DNA of 63,309 bases, counting the filler, from Reticulomyxa filosa (Eukaryota > Protista > Foraminifera): assembly GCA_000512085.1 (NCBI GenBank). It is 13 parts of 13 records of this genome, joined end to end, with 100 filler letters (N's around TTAATTAATTAA, not from the genome) between each part and the next. Parts side by side here need not be neighbours in the genome. Positions count along the whole stretch, not along the records: positions 9,051 to 17,014 come from ASPP01010864.1; positions 17,115 to 22,000 come from ASPP01007516.1; positions 22,101 to 25,091 come from ASPP01005593.1; positions 25,192 to 28,633 come from ASPP01028264.1; 9 more parts are not named here. One strand, 5' to 3'. A program made the position numbers and the translations under genes. Position 1 is the stretch's first letter. Every line of letters starts with the position of its first letter. A model generated the notes under the pieces. It saw only the letters and a program-made list of their open reading frames with translations. It made no database searches and had not been told where the DNA came from. Positions 14,238 through 27,401 of the stretch are shown here, piece by piece.

Positions 14238-15971
14238 TCAAGGCGAATGTGGCATAAAATCACCAATTTGATTGTTTGCTTGCGTATCTACTACATCTGC
14301 ATCGCATTTTTCTATAGGAACAGTAACTTCAATCATAGCTATATGTTTATGTTGACTCATAAAAGTGGGTGGCAATATTTTGGGTGGTTTGGAAAACATA
14401 TCAATTTCATAAGTACGTTTAAAACCCAAAATGAAATCTGTTTCCATGGCTTCAACTCCTTTCATTTCAAAAATTTGAAAAATACGACAAACGTGAGTAA
14501 AAATACTTTGCCCATGAATTTCAATCACTAATCGCGGAGTCCAGGAATCCATTTGATCTAAAGCCTGACAATTATTGTCATCTAATTTTAAGCCCAAATC
14601 TACAGGTTGGAGATTCCATTCATTGCAAGCTTCTTTTAAAAATCGAAAGTAAGGATCATTAACAAAATCTTGACAAAGGGAAATCATTGCCTGTTTTACT
14701 GTTTTTTGTGATAATGCTAACGCAGTATCTTTATCAACACTTTCCACTTTTGAAATAATCAAATGACAAACTGCACTCTCCAAATATTTAATGCTAGCTT
14801 TTACTAAATCCATTCTCGTTTCGGGTGATTTAAATCTTGGAAACTCAAATATTTCATGAATTTCTCCATCGACAAATAATTTACCTGCTCTCATTATATC
14901 TGTCGCGATGCGCTCGTCCCAATCGATATTCGAATAATCTTTGTCGGTCGATATATAATGACTATGTCTTGACAATTTGCTAAATCGATTCACTTCGTTA
15001 TCCACATTACTTCTCCACAAACGACACACTTTTTATTTTTTATTTTTTTTGGGAAAACAAAATAAAAATAAAAGAGTACATATACACATAGTACGTATCC
15101 TTTTCTGTAACAAATGAGTATGAACATATAAACAAAACTTTTTTTCGGTATCTCATTTAAACATTTAGGTAATTGGCTTAGTTTCAGCTTCTTTTGTTTT
15201 TTATTAATTTTTGACTTGACCGAAGATGTCGTTGGATGAGGCAATGGTTTGATGGTTATGTCGAATGACGAATTATTTGCGCGGCTGTGAAAACGCTCTC
15301 TCAATTGTCGCAAAGACTGTGTGGCACTCCATAAGTTTTCATTTATCGCATGTTTCAAATCATTTGTTCTGGTTAATATTTTTTTGTTTTCTTCTTTCAT
15401 TTCTCTCTCTATTTCTGTTTCTAATTTTTTTATTGTTTGAACATAACCAAACTCTTCAATCAAAACCTTTTTTTCTCTATTTTTTTCTTGTTAATACCTA
15501 TACTTAACCAGACAATGCAAATGCTTCTTTATTCTCACGGTCTTCTGCCTTTTTAGATTCTTGCGCTATGTGTGACAAAGGAAATGTGAATGCATTGACA
15601 AACGTCTCTTTGTTGCCATTTCTTTCGATAACTGGCGCGGATTGCGCACTTGCGAATGCGGCTGTATGTGAGCGGGTCAATCCGCTTGCATTTGCGCCAG
15701 TGCCTTGTGACATTGTCTTCGTTAGTTGTGCTGGACTGATCGTGCTTCGGTCTTCCCCACCATCCAAACTACCTAAAGGACTTACACACAACTGACTATT
15801 ACTCTTGTGAGTCGGCTCATCGTTCGTTCGTTGCTTCCTGCTTGGGTCACTTTTTGACAGCGCTTGTTTGAACGGCGATCGATCTACATGCTTTGCAGAA
15901 TTGGAACGTGGAGATGACATCGTTTGCACATATTTCTCGGAAAGGGAAGACGACATTACTTCTCCAGACAT
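14238..15971 (-). CDS. Hypothetical protein, 3 exons (Ser-rich N-terminus, coiled coil, globular C-terminal domain)
   Basis: ORFs 15504-15971, 14990-15463 and 14238-15029 join through GT-AG introns in consistent phase (…ALS|VLIEEF…, …PKK-M-CRLWR…). Confidence 0.75.
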
Positions 15972-16368
15972 GCTCAGCTGCTAATTTATTCGCGTTCGCT
16001 CCTCTTTTTCTTTCTTTTTCTCTTCCGTTGTGTTTATATTTGCTTATTCTCCCCTAAACACTTTATCTCAAAAAAGTTTATGAATAAAATCCGATGCACT
16101 ATGTTGAGAAAGTATGGCATTTGTTTAAAGACCTGAAAGTTAGACTGATATTTTACATTAGACATACAATATTTCAATATTATATTTTCATTAGTAATTG
16201 TAAAAATCAAATCTACAAGTTTCAAAACACCGTATTTGAATTTTTAATTGATTATATTTACTTTTAGTTGTTTTATTTATAAAATAATGAATATCTGGAT
16301 ATATACACTAATATTGCATGCCGAAAGAAAAAAAGTTAGAGCTGAAAAAAGAGAAGTTAGAGAAAGTT

Positions 16369-17000
16369 TCAGGAACGTGTGTTATCAATACGAAAGAAAA
16401 CGATTTTGGAATCGATTTGGTTAATAGTATTGTATATAATCTGTTTAAGCTCTTCAGTAACTCCAAAGTAAAAAAATGACTTGGCAGTTCGGACGGCGTT
16501 CCACGTGTTGTGCGATTTCAGGCCGAAATATTGCAGCAATCTTTCGCGTTCGAAGGAAATTCCTTCGCATTGCAATGTGTAATTCGACGGAGAAACTTTC
16601 ATGTTAGAGGATGCATCATTTCACTCCATCGTTCTGGGGGCATAATGGTATTTACTGACTGAAATCACGATTTGCATGTTCTCCACAATCAATTCTTTTC
16701 CCGATCCTGTTAAACAATCCCATAAAGTTGGTGATTTCCTTTGTCGTCGCATGTATAGAAAGAAATACGTAGTGAGTAAACACAATAAAATATAGAAGAA
16801 GTATTGTCGCTGTTAGAATCACACAAATGTGGAGATGGATTGATTGGTGCGTATTTCTAGACGATTCAATTGACTGCAAAACAAGTCGAAGTCCTTGAAG
16901 ATGTCGATGAAGACGTCTTGAAAAGACAAAGCCTTCAAATGAGGAAAATGGTCGATCACACCTTGGAAAGGGACTTTGATACAATACTCTAAGTGTAATT
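16369..17000 (-). CDS. 5'-partial hypothetical protein, possibly LRR/F-box-like, with one in-frame TGA
   Basis: Frames reading EYCIKVPFQGVIDHFPHLKALSFQDVFIDIF...LNRLEIR and SPTLWDCLTGSGKELIVENMQIV...RTME*NDASSNMKVSPSN... Confidence 0.4.
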
Positions 17001-17014
17001 CTTTAATTTTTTTT

Positions 17015-17114
17015 NNNNNNNNNNNNNNNNNNNNNNNNNNNNNNNNNNNNNNNNNNNNTTAATTAATTAANNNNNNNNNNNNNNNNNNNNNNNNNNNNNN
17101 NNNNNNNNNNNNNN
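17015..17114. other. Artificial contig spacer
   Basis: 44 N + TTAATTAATTAA + 44 N. Confidence 0.98.
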
Positions 17115-17341
17115 AATTGAGAACTTTGTTTGAAAAGCATCTTAAATGATGATCTCCATACCGTGTTGTTGCAAATCGACAAACGTACAGACAATAACCT
17201 AAAATAAGTTTTGTACACAGACATTGTGAAAACGTACTGTTCGGGGAGGGGATTCTACCTGCTTATACGAAGGAAGTTGAGCTCTGCCCCTTTGATTATA
17301 TTTGGCCCAAAGTTTTTTTAAAAACAAATAGTTGTGTGACC

Positions 17342-17956
17342 ATGGCATATGCAGGCAAGGCTTATGGCTTCACTGCAGAGCAATTGGAAAAGCAAAAGAG
17401 CAAATATGACACAGTGATGGTATGAGCAACTGTACTTTTCCTGTCGGCCTTTGCAAAAGAACAAAAAACGTTGAACGATAGGAAGGACAAGTGGTGGACT
17501 GGTTGAACCGTTGCTTGGGCACAAAGTTGAAGGCAGGAGGGCCCCAGCAATTGCAAAAAGACTTGCAAAACGGTGTGCTATTGTGTAAATTAGCGCTCAA
17601 ATTGAAGCCAGGATCAGTGAGCGAAAAAACGTGCGAAAAAATGGTACGCATATAATTTTTTTTTAAAAAAAAGTTCAACAATGAGCACCCCTTTTTTTTT
17701 TTTTAAAAAAAAAAAGGTTGGAAACATGACCTTTGACATTCAAAGGATTAGTGCATTTACAGCAGTGGCGAAAGAGATAGGATTGGAAACACACTCGTCA
17801 TTTGAAGCGCAGGATTTGCGAGAAACAGAAAAAGGCAACATGACTGCCGTGTTGATAGGCTTGTACAATCTCGGAGTTCACTGTTATAAAAAGAAAATCA
17901 AAAACGGTGAGGGTGGCATTGAACCTGTTGCCAATACTGGAACAAAATTTAAATGA
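17342..17956 (+). CDS. Transgelin/calponin-like single CH-domain protein (exons 17342-17419, 17482-17643, 17717-17956)
   Basis: MAYAGKAYGFTAEQLEKQKSKYDTVM-EGQVVDWL...LQNGVLLCKLALKLKPGSV...IQRISAFT...FEAQDLRE...NMTAVLIGLYNL matches the transgelin/MP20-type CH domain. Confidence 0.88.
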
Positions 17957-18493
17957 ACTTTTGTTGTTGTGTTGTTGGTCTGATGAAAAGAGAGAGGACT
18001 TCTTAAATGTCTCTCCCGTTTCACTTTTCCATTTTTTTTTACAGCATAAACAATTTGCATTGTGTAAACTCTTTTGAATGTTTTCCCTCGTAGAGTAACA
18101 AAGTTTTGCTTGTAGCAAAAAACAAACCTAGAGTCACTCTTCTGAGTTCATCTATGGACGGTACAGGTGTTTTTTTTTTTTTGTTATAACGATCACAATT
18201 AATCACAAAATGGGATCGATGGTGGAAATGTCTTAAGCTGCCATTCTTTTAACGCATTACAAAAAAAAAAATAATTTTATTTAAAGGCAATATACAGCTT
18301 CATTAAAATCCAATGTGACATCTGCACTTTTTGGATCGTCTCCACAGTAAAACTAACTGGCTTGACTGTTTGATAAACATCCATTTTTATTTCACGCTCA
18401 AATTGTTTTATCATAGTACAACTATGAGATCATTGTCTTCGTGTGAATATATTTGCCTTGTTTTTTTTGGGGGGTGAGGCTTGCCGTAATATT

Positions 18494-19860
18494 TCAAAAA
18501 AAGAAACAATAAACAAGAAATAGTGCACTAACGGCAATACCAAGCAAATTGTATTGAAAGACGCTAATGACTTCGTAAAGAAATGCAATATAAATAATTA
18601 ATTGCAAAATGCAGAATCGAAAGAGAATAGTGCATGTTTCAAAGAAAATATTGTCTTTGCAAATGGAAAACATGGTGCCCCGTTCGAAGAGCCAACAACA
18701 AACCGTTCTTAACTTATCTAAAACCCAATTCTTTACGGATAATTTTTGGAGTTGATTAATTTGTTGGAGTAGGACAATTTTTTTAAGTCGATCATTTTCT
18801 TTCAGTAATTTTATATGTTCTTCGACTTCATTACTATAGGTGCTCTGTTCTTGTTGTATCATATTGATTTCATTGTCTTTCAACTTTATCTCCGTTTTCA
18901 ACTGTTCAATTTCGTTATTTTTTGAATCGACTTTTTCATTCAATTTCTTCACGTTGCTGATCAGAGTTTGCTATTTCAATGTATTATGCTTGTTTTATTA
19001 TTTTTTGTATTTCAAACATAAAATGAACAAACCTTATACGCGTCGCTGTCAACTCTATCTTTTCGACATTGCAATAATTGGTTTTTACATTATTATTTTC
19101 ATTTACCAAATTCAACATATTTTTATCCTTTATTTCAGATTCCAATATGTATTTATTTTGTAATTTCTCCAATTCTTCCTATTCGTTGCAACATGCAAAA
19201 TAGATATCTTTTATTTTATCTTTCATATCATAAAATAAAAAAAACCATACTTCATAATCTCGAATTGTTTGTTGTAACAATTCCTTGTATTTGATAACCA
19301 AATCAAAAATGTTGCTTCATCTCTGAAATCAAATGACTGTCCAATTCCCCCTTTGCACATAAACAATTGCATCCAAAAGTTTGAAACCAACATACAATTG
19401 GTTTCAACGGACAACTATCCAAATGTTCATTCAATTCTTTCATTTTGCCTTTGAAATTACAATTTGGTATTTGTGATGTCTTCCCTTCTGTTTCTCCTTC
19501 TTCATTTTTAGTTATTTTTAAATCTTGTTGAAATTGATGTGGACATATCACATTTAATTCATCAATTTGTTTTTTCAATGGTTTATTTTTGGAATACCGA
19601 GGTCCATCATGAGGTTGAACTGGACATGTATTATTGTTATTTTTGAGATACTGTTTTAGACAGTTCTCTCCAGCAATTAATGGCTCTTCAGTGTCTTCAT
19701 GTTCAGGACAATCAATATCAACTGGACGATTTGCAACTTGTTTGCAAATCAAACAAATGAAATGATTGACTTGCTCTTTTTCGTTCAGTTGCAGCACCCA
19801 GTGTTTGTCAAAGCAGGATTGATCACAAAAAAGTGGAACCGCTTCAGTTTTAACTTTTTT
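18494..19860 (-). CDS. RING-like + TRAF-type zinc finger + coiled-coil protein (lineage-expanded family); possibly a pseudogene
   Basis: [66 protein letters not shown]; downstream coiled-coil exons. There is an extra T near 19305 and no clear ATG. Confidence 0.75.
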
Positions 19861-22000
19861 TTACTCAATTTTTTTTTTTTTCAAGTACGCAATCTTTTGT
19901 TTTTTTTTGGAGTAGTAGAGCAATTTTTCACTGAGCTTTTTTTGGTAGTTTTTTTCTAAAAGGTTTTTTTTTTGAACAAGCCAAAGCAACATAAAAAATC
20001 TAGCTTTTGCTTCACTGTGTATCAAAATGAAGAATTATGTTTATTTTAAAAAGATTTTTTTCAAACAAGATACACTTGTTCATTGTTATTAACAAGGATC
20101 AGTATCTTACCAGTTAGCAAATGTAATTAGAAATGGCAACACTATTTATGGGTATACTTCAATCAAAGTTCATAAATATCCCATTATTGAAGATACATGG
20201 GCAAAATACAAAATTATGTTTATACAACAACTTCTCTCAATCCAATTTCTACAAGTAAGAATTTCATGTTTCTATTGCAAGCATTACGGCGCAGTGGTAA
20301 TTTTTCCAAACTTTGAAAGGCAATTGAAACATTGATATCTTGTTTTCAAATGATCAAAATAGCAAGTCTTGTTTTTTTCTAAACTCCCATCAATATCAAA
20401 ACAAAACTTAACAGCAAAAGCAATAACCAAGAACCCACGTTAAGGCCGTCGAACATGCGTAATGCTGATGACGAGAAAATCAAATTGGAGTGGCTCCAGT
20501 TTCTTCTGACAAGCAAGCTTTGGCAATTGGATTTTGCATTTTAACCGGTCAGAAGATAATGTCTTGTTTATTTAATTTGCACACAAGTTGCCAATATCAC
20601 AGAATAAAAAATTTTCTAATTATTTGAATAAACAATATCTATTGGAATGGTTAGAGTTTTGATTTAAACTATTTAATTAAAGCTATTCTTTACAAGAATA
20701 CGAATTGGAAAATTAGCATTTTGTTTTTAATGATGAATTTGCTTTGATGGGATAGACTACCTAATGATTATAAGTTATGTGTATTTTATGTTTATTTCTT
20801 TTTCAATCTAAATTTACAAAATGAGTTACTGCATTAATATATACAAAATAATTACAAGGTTAAAGTTGAATGGAAAAGAATAGCAATATTAAAGATAACT
20901 GAAAAGGTTCCTCTGAATAAAAAGAAAATAAAACAAAAATATCTTATGCATTTGCCTTTGACATGTTTGATTTATTATCGAAATTACTAACAAATATTGA
21001 TGACATAATGTTGATAAATGTGTATTGATAAAAAAATGAGCTATCAATTCGATGATACTTTTGAATATTAAGTTTTATTTAAATAATTTTGTCTATAGTA
21101 AATTTGTGATGTTTCAAACCCGTTTTGTAGAATTGTTTATTATTTTTGAATGTTTAAACGAGAATAAAATATGTGAATTTCAACTCTTTGCATGTCTAAG
21201 CTAAATACATTGAAACCTCTTTTAATCTGCGATTCACTTCATAAAGAAAAAAAAGAATATTTCGAAATAATGTTGAAAATGTAAGTGAGTGCAATAAGAG
21301 TATAAGTATAGATCATATTTCAGTTATTTTCTTTGCATTCTAAGTGAGAAAAAAATTGTAATAGTTCCAACAGGATATTTACATGTATTTATTAATTATT
21401 GTTTTTCGCTTTTCATGATCAAAGCTTCAATGTAGATGATGATTTGTGTATTGGAGCATCATTGATATCTCAGCAAAAACAGGCTGCAGTAAGTCGGTCT
21501 CGGACTTGAAAACAGGCTATCCATTACTCAACAATTGACTTTGCCAAGCACAAGGAGAATCTTTTTTCATTATATTTTTTGAATATTATACATAACTATT
21601 TTTAAAATAATATTGCTATTTTTTTAAAAATAAAAAATATTATACACTTTTTTTGTTTATCATGTTAAAAGCATTTTTATATCAATACTGCATCGACTGA
21701 GGAAGAAGAAAACAAGGAGTATTGATTGGACGCCATAGCGTGCGTGAAATTGGATCATAATTTATACTTGGCAAAAAAAAATAATTTTTAACAAAGCTAT
21801 AAAATTTTACTATTTTCATTGATAAATACATTTGTCTCAGTGTGACTTGTTATTATTTAAAAGTACTTTATGAATACTCTCAAAAAAAGAAGAAATCTAA
21901 AATAAATCAAATGAATTGATTTAATTTTCAATGAAACAACAAAACGATCAAACAACAACACGAAAAGGTATAAATTGTATCAACACAAAATATAAACGAA

Positions 22001-22100
22001 NNNNNNNNNNNNNNNNNNNNNNNNNNNNNNNNNNNNNNNNNNNNTTAATTAATTAANNNNNNNNNNNNNNNNNNNNNNNNNNNNNNNNNNNNNNNNNNNN
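22001..22100. other. Artificial contig spacer
   Basis: 44 N + TTAATTAATTAA + 44 N. Confidence 0.98.
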
Positions 22101-23125
22101 TATCATATGATGATAATTGATTTTTCATGGAGAAAATCAATTATCATCATATGATATCGTTTTAGGCGTTCAGTTTTCTTTGCAACCTACTGTATTATCC
22201 AATGGTGATGACAATGATTGTTTTGTCTTGTCAAATAACAAAATGAACGCAAATACAAAGGTATTTGGCTCAATAATTTCAACTTGGGTTATCATTCAAT
22301 TTATTTATCAACAAATCTGCTTGGCCGTTGTTATTGTCATCAATTTGAATATTTTTGAAATAAGCATAAACATAATTTCCAATATCTTGTGACTGAAATC
22401 CAATTAATTTAACACTTTAGATATCGACACATTGCATTTGGACGACTTGGCATTATCACACAGTAATTTCATTGATAGTGCAATGTTGCAACCATTGTTG
22501 TAAACCAGTGTTCTTTTCGATTTTATTTGCAATTTCATCAAGTCCATCCAACAATAACAATTTATCTTTGAATTAATCACATATCCCATTGTGAAATATG
22601 TAATGCATTGAAAATCTTTGGCATTAATTTTCAATATCTTCTTTATTATCAAAAATATTGACAAGTTTTCTCAAAGGAATATTGTAAAAGCAATTGAAAT
22701 TGACCATTCCACATTTGATGTTTTGCTTATAAATATGTAATCATTTGAGATAATATACTTTTTATACTTCAAGCTTCTCTACGAATACTAATGTGACAAA
22801 CTTTGATCTATTTTTTATATCATTCCAAGTGTCTTGAATTTCTATTGTTTCTGTTTTATTTTCATAAAGTAATGAATAATCCAATGAATTTGCCCATTTT
22901 CCATTTTCTTGTTCATGTTTCTGTTCATTGTTTGTCATCTTTTCTTTTTGTTCTTGAAGTCGTTGTTAAAGCAAAAGGGCCAATCGAATATAACAACTAT
23001 CAATAGATTATCCATGATCGTCAAATAATAGAAACAACTTGTCTTGTGCTTTGTAATGTCGCTGTAATTTTTCCGTTGTTGCATTCAATTCTTTTTGTCT
23101 TCTTTTACTACTTCATTAACATGAG
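22101..23125 (-). pseudogene. NACHT-domain NTPase pseudogene
   Basis: Fragmented frames give KLQRHYKAQDKL, SIDSCYIRLAL, LLLDGLDEIA (Walker B), SRPNAMCRYL and IGFQSQDIGNYVYAYF, with many stops and frameshifts and a damaged Walker A. Confidence 0.75.
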
Positions 23126-23429
23126 TTTCCTCTAATTGCAAGTTAGAAAAAATTATAGTAAAATTTTTCAGAGTTTTTTTGTCTGAAAAAACTATAAAAT
23201 TAAATTCATTGTACAAATTGCAATATTTTGCATATGTTTAAAATATTTGTCTTTATGAATTTGAAAATTAGTTTTATTTGATTTCATATTGGAGATATTT
23301 GCAATGAATATTTGTTTGTTGATTTTGGGATACATTGTAGCTACTGCGATCAAAGAAGCATATCTCTTAAACAAGTATTATAATATTTTGTTTGCGCCCT
23401 CTTTGTGGAAAATAAATTATAAAAACCAA

Positions 23430-24696
23430 CTATATTTGAAGAGGACATATTTCTTCATCAAAAAATTGATTATATCTTATATTAAACTTTATTTCGTTAT
23501 AATATTGCATAATAATTTTATCAAAATCTTCAATCCATCCTAATTTTATTTTTGAAGTTTGAATCCAATATTGAATAATAAACTTTATTTCCTTTTTTGA
23601 CTGTTCATTATTTATTATTTTTATACAATACAATTTATTTGTGTTTATCAAAATAAATAAATAAACTTATTATTACCAACAGTGAAGGGTCCCATACATA
23701 TGCCTTTGTCTTCATATGAGCTAACATTGTTATCTTTTTATCATTTGTTCCTCCAATGATGTGTATATAATTGCTTTCTTCACTCAATATCGCAACACAA
23801 TTATATAATGGACTGTGTAAAATATTTTCAAATATCGTCCATTTATTTTCTGCAATTGAATACTTGCGCACTGATTTTGAAACAACAAATTTATTGTTAC
23901 TCAAACCACATCCACCAAAGAACAATATGATATCATTGATACGTACATATGCACATTTATTGAGTAATGTAATATCATTACAAACATATAGTTGATGAAA
24001 TTGAAACGTGTTCTTATCTTCATCATATTCAATTGATAATCCTGTATTATAACAAAATAATAGCATATAATTTAGCTTATTTGTTTTCATCACTTCTTGT
24101 TCTTGCCCATTTTTTGACTTTAATACAAAGCAAGGATATTCGATATAATTAATAATTGGCAAAGAGTAATGCTTAATAAATTGAAATGTATTTAAATTAA
24201 ACACACTAATATCCTTTGGATAATAAGTAATAAATAACAAATTATTGTTGCTTCCACCAATCACTGCACGGACTTCATAATAATTATCGTTATTTCTTCC
24301 AATGATAATTGGATTATTGTTATTGTCTGTGAAAGGAATCCATTTATTGTAATTGTTGAATTCATTTGATTTCCTTGATATATTTGATATTTTACTCCAA
24401 ACACTTACATATTTCATCACTAATGTATGTTTATATCTTCCACCAAAAGACAACAAAGTAGTCTGATTGTTGTTATCCACAAATTTTACTACACAGTTCC
24501 CACATAATTGAACATCACTTGGATACTCACAGATAAATTTATATTTATTTTTTAGTGTGTGATAAGAATAACAAACCGTTTGTTTATAACCTCCACAAAT
24601 GAGGATTTCATGTTTGTGTAGCACACATTGAAAGCTAGAAAGTGGAGTAGGCAACTCCTTTAAATTTTGAAATTGTGTTATATTTCGATTACCCAT
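23430..24696 (-). CDS. Kelch-repeat beta-propeller protein (lineage-expanded family), 2 exons
   Basis: Repeated GG motifs (LICGG, LSFGG, VIGGS, FFGG, IIGG) with Y...W spacing; intron after WDPSLL; second exon SKKEIKFIIQYWIQTSKIKLGWIEDFDKII. Confidence 0.85.
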
Positions 24697-25091
24697 ACGT
24701 TAATGTTGCCGAATTTTTTTAAGTAGTTTTTAACTTTTTTAAAAAGGGGCGGGTATAATCCTTTTGAAAAAACGTTACGTGACAATAAATTATTCGAACA
24801 AAGATTTTTAATACATAAAAATAAATTCAAGGTTGAATTGATGTCTTTTTTTGTTTTTTGTAAGGAAAATAAAGATATGACTACTTTTGTGAGCAAGTTT
24901 ATTTCATTTACAAATGTACAAAACATTCCATCAATGATGTAGAGAGAAAATTTTAATTCTGTACTTATAAGTTCATATTGAAGTTAATATCAGTTATCGC
25001 TTATTATTATTATATTCACTGATATACTTTTTTATTGTTTAATCATTATTGCATTGCAAAAAACATACAATAATGATAATAGTAATGCAAA

Positions 25092-25191
25092 NNNNNNNNN
25101 NNNNNNNNNNNNNNNNNNNNNNNNNNNNNNNNNNNTTAATTAATTAANNNNNNNNNNNNNNNNNNNNNNNNNNNNNNNNNNNNNNNNNNNN
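25092..25191. other. Artificial contig spacer
   Basis: 44 N + TTAATTAATTAA + 44 N. Confidence 0.98.
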
Positions 25192-25442
25192 ATTGTCATT
25201 GTCATGTTTGACTTCGTCTTGCGATAACACCATTACTCCATTTTCGACATCCTTATCTTCGTCTTCCACTATTATTGTTATGTCTTCGTCATTGTCTCTT
25301 GTGTTGTTCTTCTCGTCACTGTTCATATCGTCGCCGTGAATTATTCGCATTGCCATATCGGGTGCCTCTTCTCTATTGTTGTTGCTATCATTGTTCGTAT
25401 TATCTTGTCTCCGTTGCAGCCCTTCACTCATTGTTGCATTCA

Positions 25443-25488
<46 letters not shown>

Positions 25489-25713
25489 GATCGTCCTAGT
25501 CACTGCCGGCGAAATATTGTTATATTGAAAATTGCTATTCGGATTCGATAAACTGTGAGTAGAATTGTCTATTGAATGAGGGGGAGAATGGGAGTATGCC
25601 GAACCTGCAATTCGCCTCCCATCCGTGCTATTCAACATTTGATTTGATGTGCTCTTGCTTGCTATCGATGTTTGCTCATTGCTTGTTGGCTTTGTTTGGT
25701 CACCTTCTTTCAT
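25192..25713 (-). CDS. 3'-partial hypothetical protein, low-complexity Asn/Ser/Asp-rich N-terminus
   Basis: ATG-initiated ORF open to the contig edge, with a poly-Asn (AAT)n tract at ~25446-25488. Confidence 0.65.
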
Positions 25714-27401
25714 TTTGCTGTCTTTCTTTGTTTTTTACCTATCATTTTTATATATGTATACATATATATAATTTTGTGATCCATTTCATATTGATAACTT
25801 TTTTTTTAGTGACGCATGATAATACCCTCCTCAAGGGTCTTGAAAGTATCTTAATTCTAAAAAGCGAATAAAACAAAGAGAGAAAAAGATTTTTAAAAGA
25901 ATGTACAAAGTGGCATCCAATTAGGAACGAAGTTTGATTTGACACAATGAAGCAACTTCAACTATTGCTCCGATACAACTAAAAAAAAGCTCATTTTCAA
26001 AATTTCACTGTTTTTTTGCAAGATCAAAAAAAGAGGTAAAATCGAAAAGTATATCCAGAAAATGTCCACACAAAAAAATTTGATTTCAGTGTAATCTTTA
26101 ATGTTTGAAACAGCACAGTGTTAATGATTAAATGAAAAGATCATCCGTAAATGCCACAAGCTTGTTAAACAATTGCATAATATGATTGGGGCAAATTTTT
26201 TCAAACCGACTAACTTTTTTCCTATTTTATAAAGATTAGTTCGTTTGATGTGTTGTTACAATGATCAATCCATATGCAAACATATGTGCATAAGGGCAAT
26301 CGTTAGTTGTATCACGTACATGTGATCTTGAAATTGAAAAGAAAAAGTTGTCACGTGACTTGAGTGTTGTTACGTGAGACAGCTACAAAAGAGGTGGGTG
26401 CAAAGTGTAATACGAATTACCTCTCCTTTGAACAAATTTTAAATAAAAATAAAAATAATTACATAGAAGAAAAGATGAACAAACAAGGGGATACAAGAAA
26501 AATGAAGAAAATAAGTGTTTTTGAGTTAAAGTTCTGTCTAAACCCTTTTCCCTCAAAACTTAAAGTTTCACATGTCATATCAAGCTGTTAATTTAGATTT
26601 TGATATTACAAAACTTTAACATCAGCGAAATGAAATGATTTTGCGTTATCAAGTTTGCATATTTTGTTTCTATTCAAATGTTAATATTCTTCTTTGGATA
26701 GCAGTAATTTTAAAATTATTCAGTTAATTTTTTATGCTTTAGAAAATAAAAGATTTTTTCCAAAATTGAATTACAAATAATTTTAATTTGTATTATAGCA
26801 TTGACTTGTGATCAATTGTCGGATATACTAATAAAAGAGATACTTGAAATGTTTTAGATATTGTTCAGCCTATTATTTTTTATTTTTTGGTGTAGTGCAA
26901 GAAATGTGAAAAATAATTTGTTATGCTGATGATGAGCAATTCGAATAGTTTTTTGGTCTTGGCACGTACAAATTTTCAACAAAATTTTCAATAAAGCCAA
27001 ACTTGAACTTGCGGTTACGTTAGAACATTCTATCTTCTTGCGATGTACGAAGAATGTTGGCACTACAATTGTTGTGACAAAAAAAAAAGTAAGACAACAT
27101 ACACAAGATTTTTTATAATAAAAAAGCGCATGCATTACATATTTGAAATTGTTGAAACAACACGACTGTAAAAGCATCAGCTAAATCACAAAATAATCTC
27201 CTTCAAGAAAGAAAGAAAAAAAAAAGAAATAAAACGCACGACAAAAATATAACTACACCAAAAGAATTTTTCTTATTAAGTGACAAGGAAAAAGAAATTG
27301 AACCATTGTACACCACTTAACAAAAAAAAAAAACCAAAATTTATAAAACGATTGGTCTTGTCAGCACATCAATAAACAACTGTACCTTTTTTTGGGATCA
27401 A

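Noticed and set aside
9051-16623. Alternative genetic code (TGA/TAA read as sense)
   Set aside because: Intact conserved genes have long ORFs in the standard code and end in TGA or TAA (VPS54, transgelin-like, ISD11); internal stops cluster in decayed copies.
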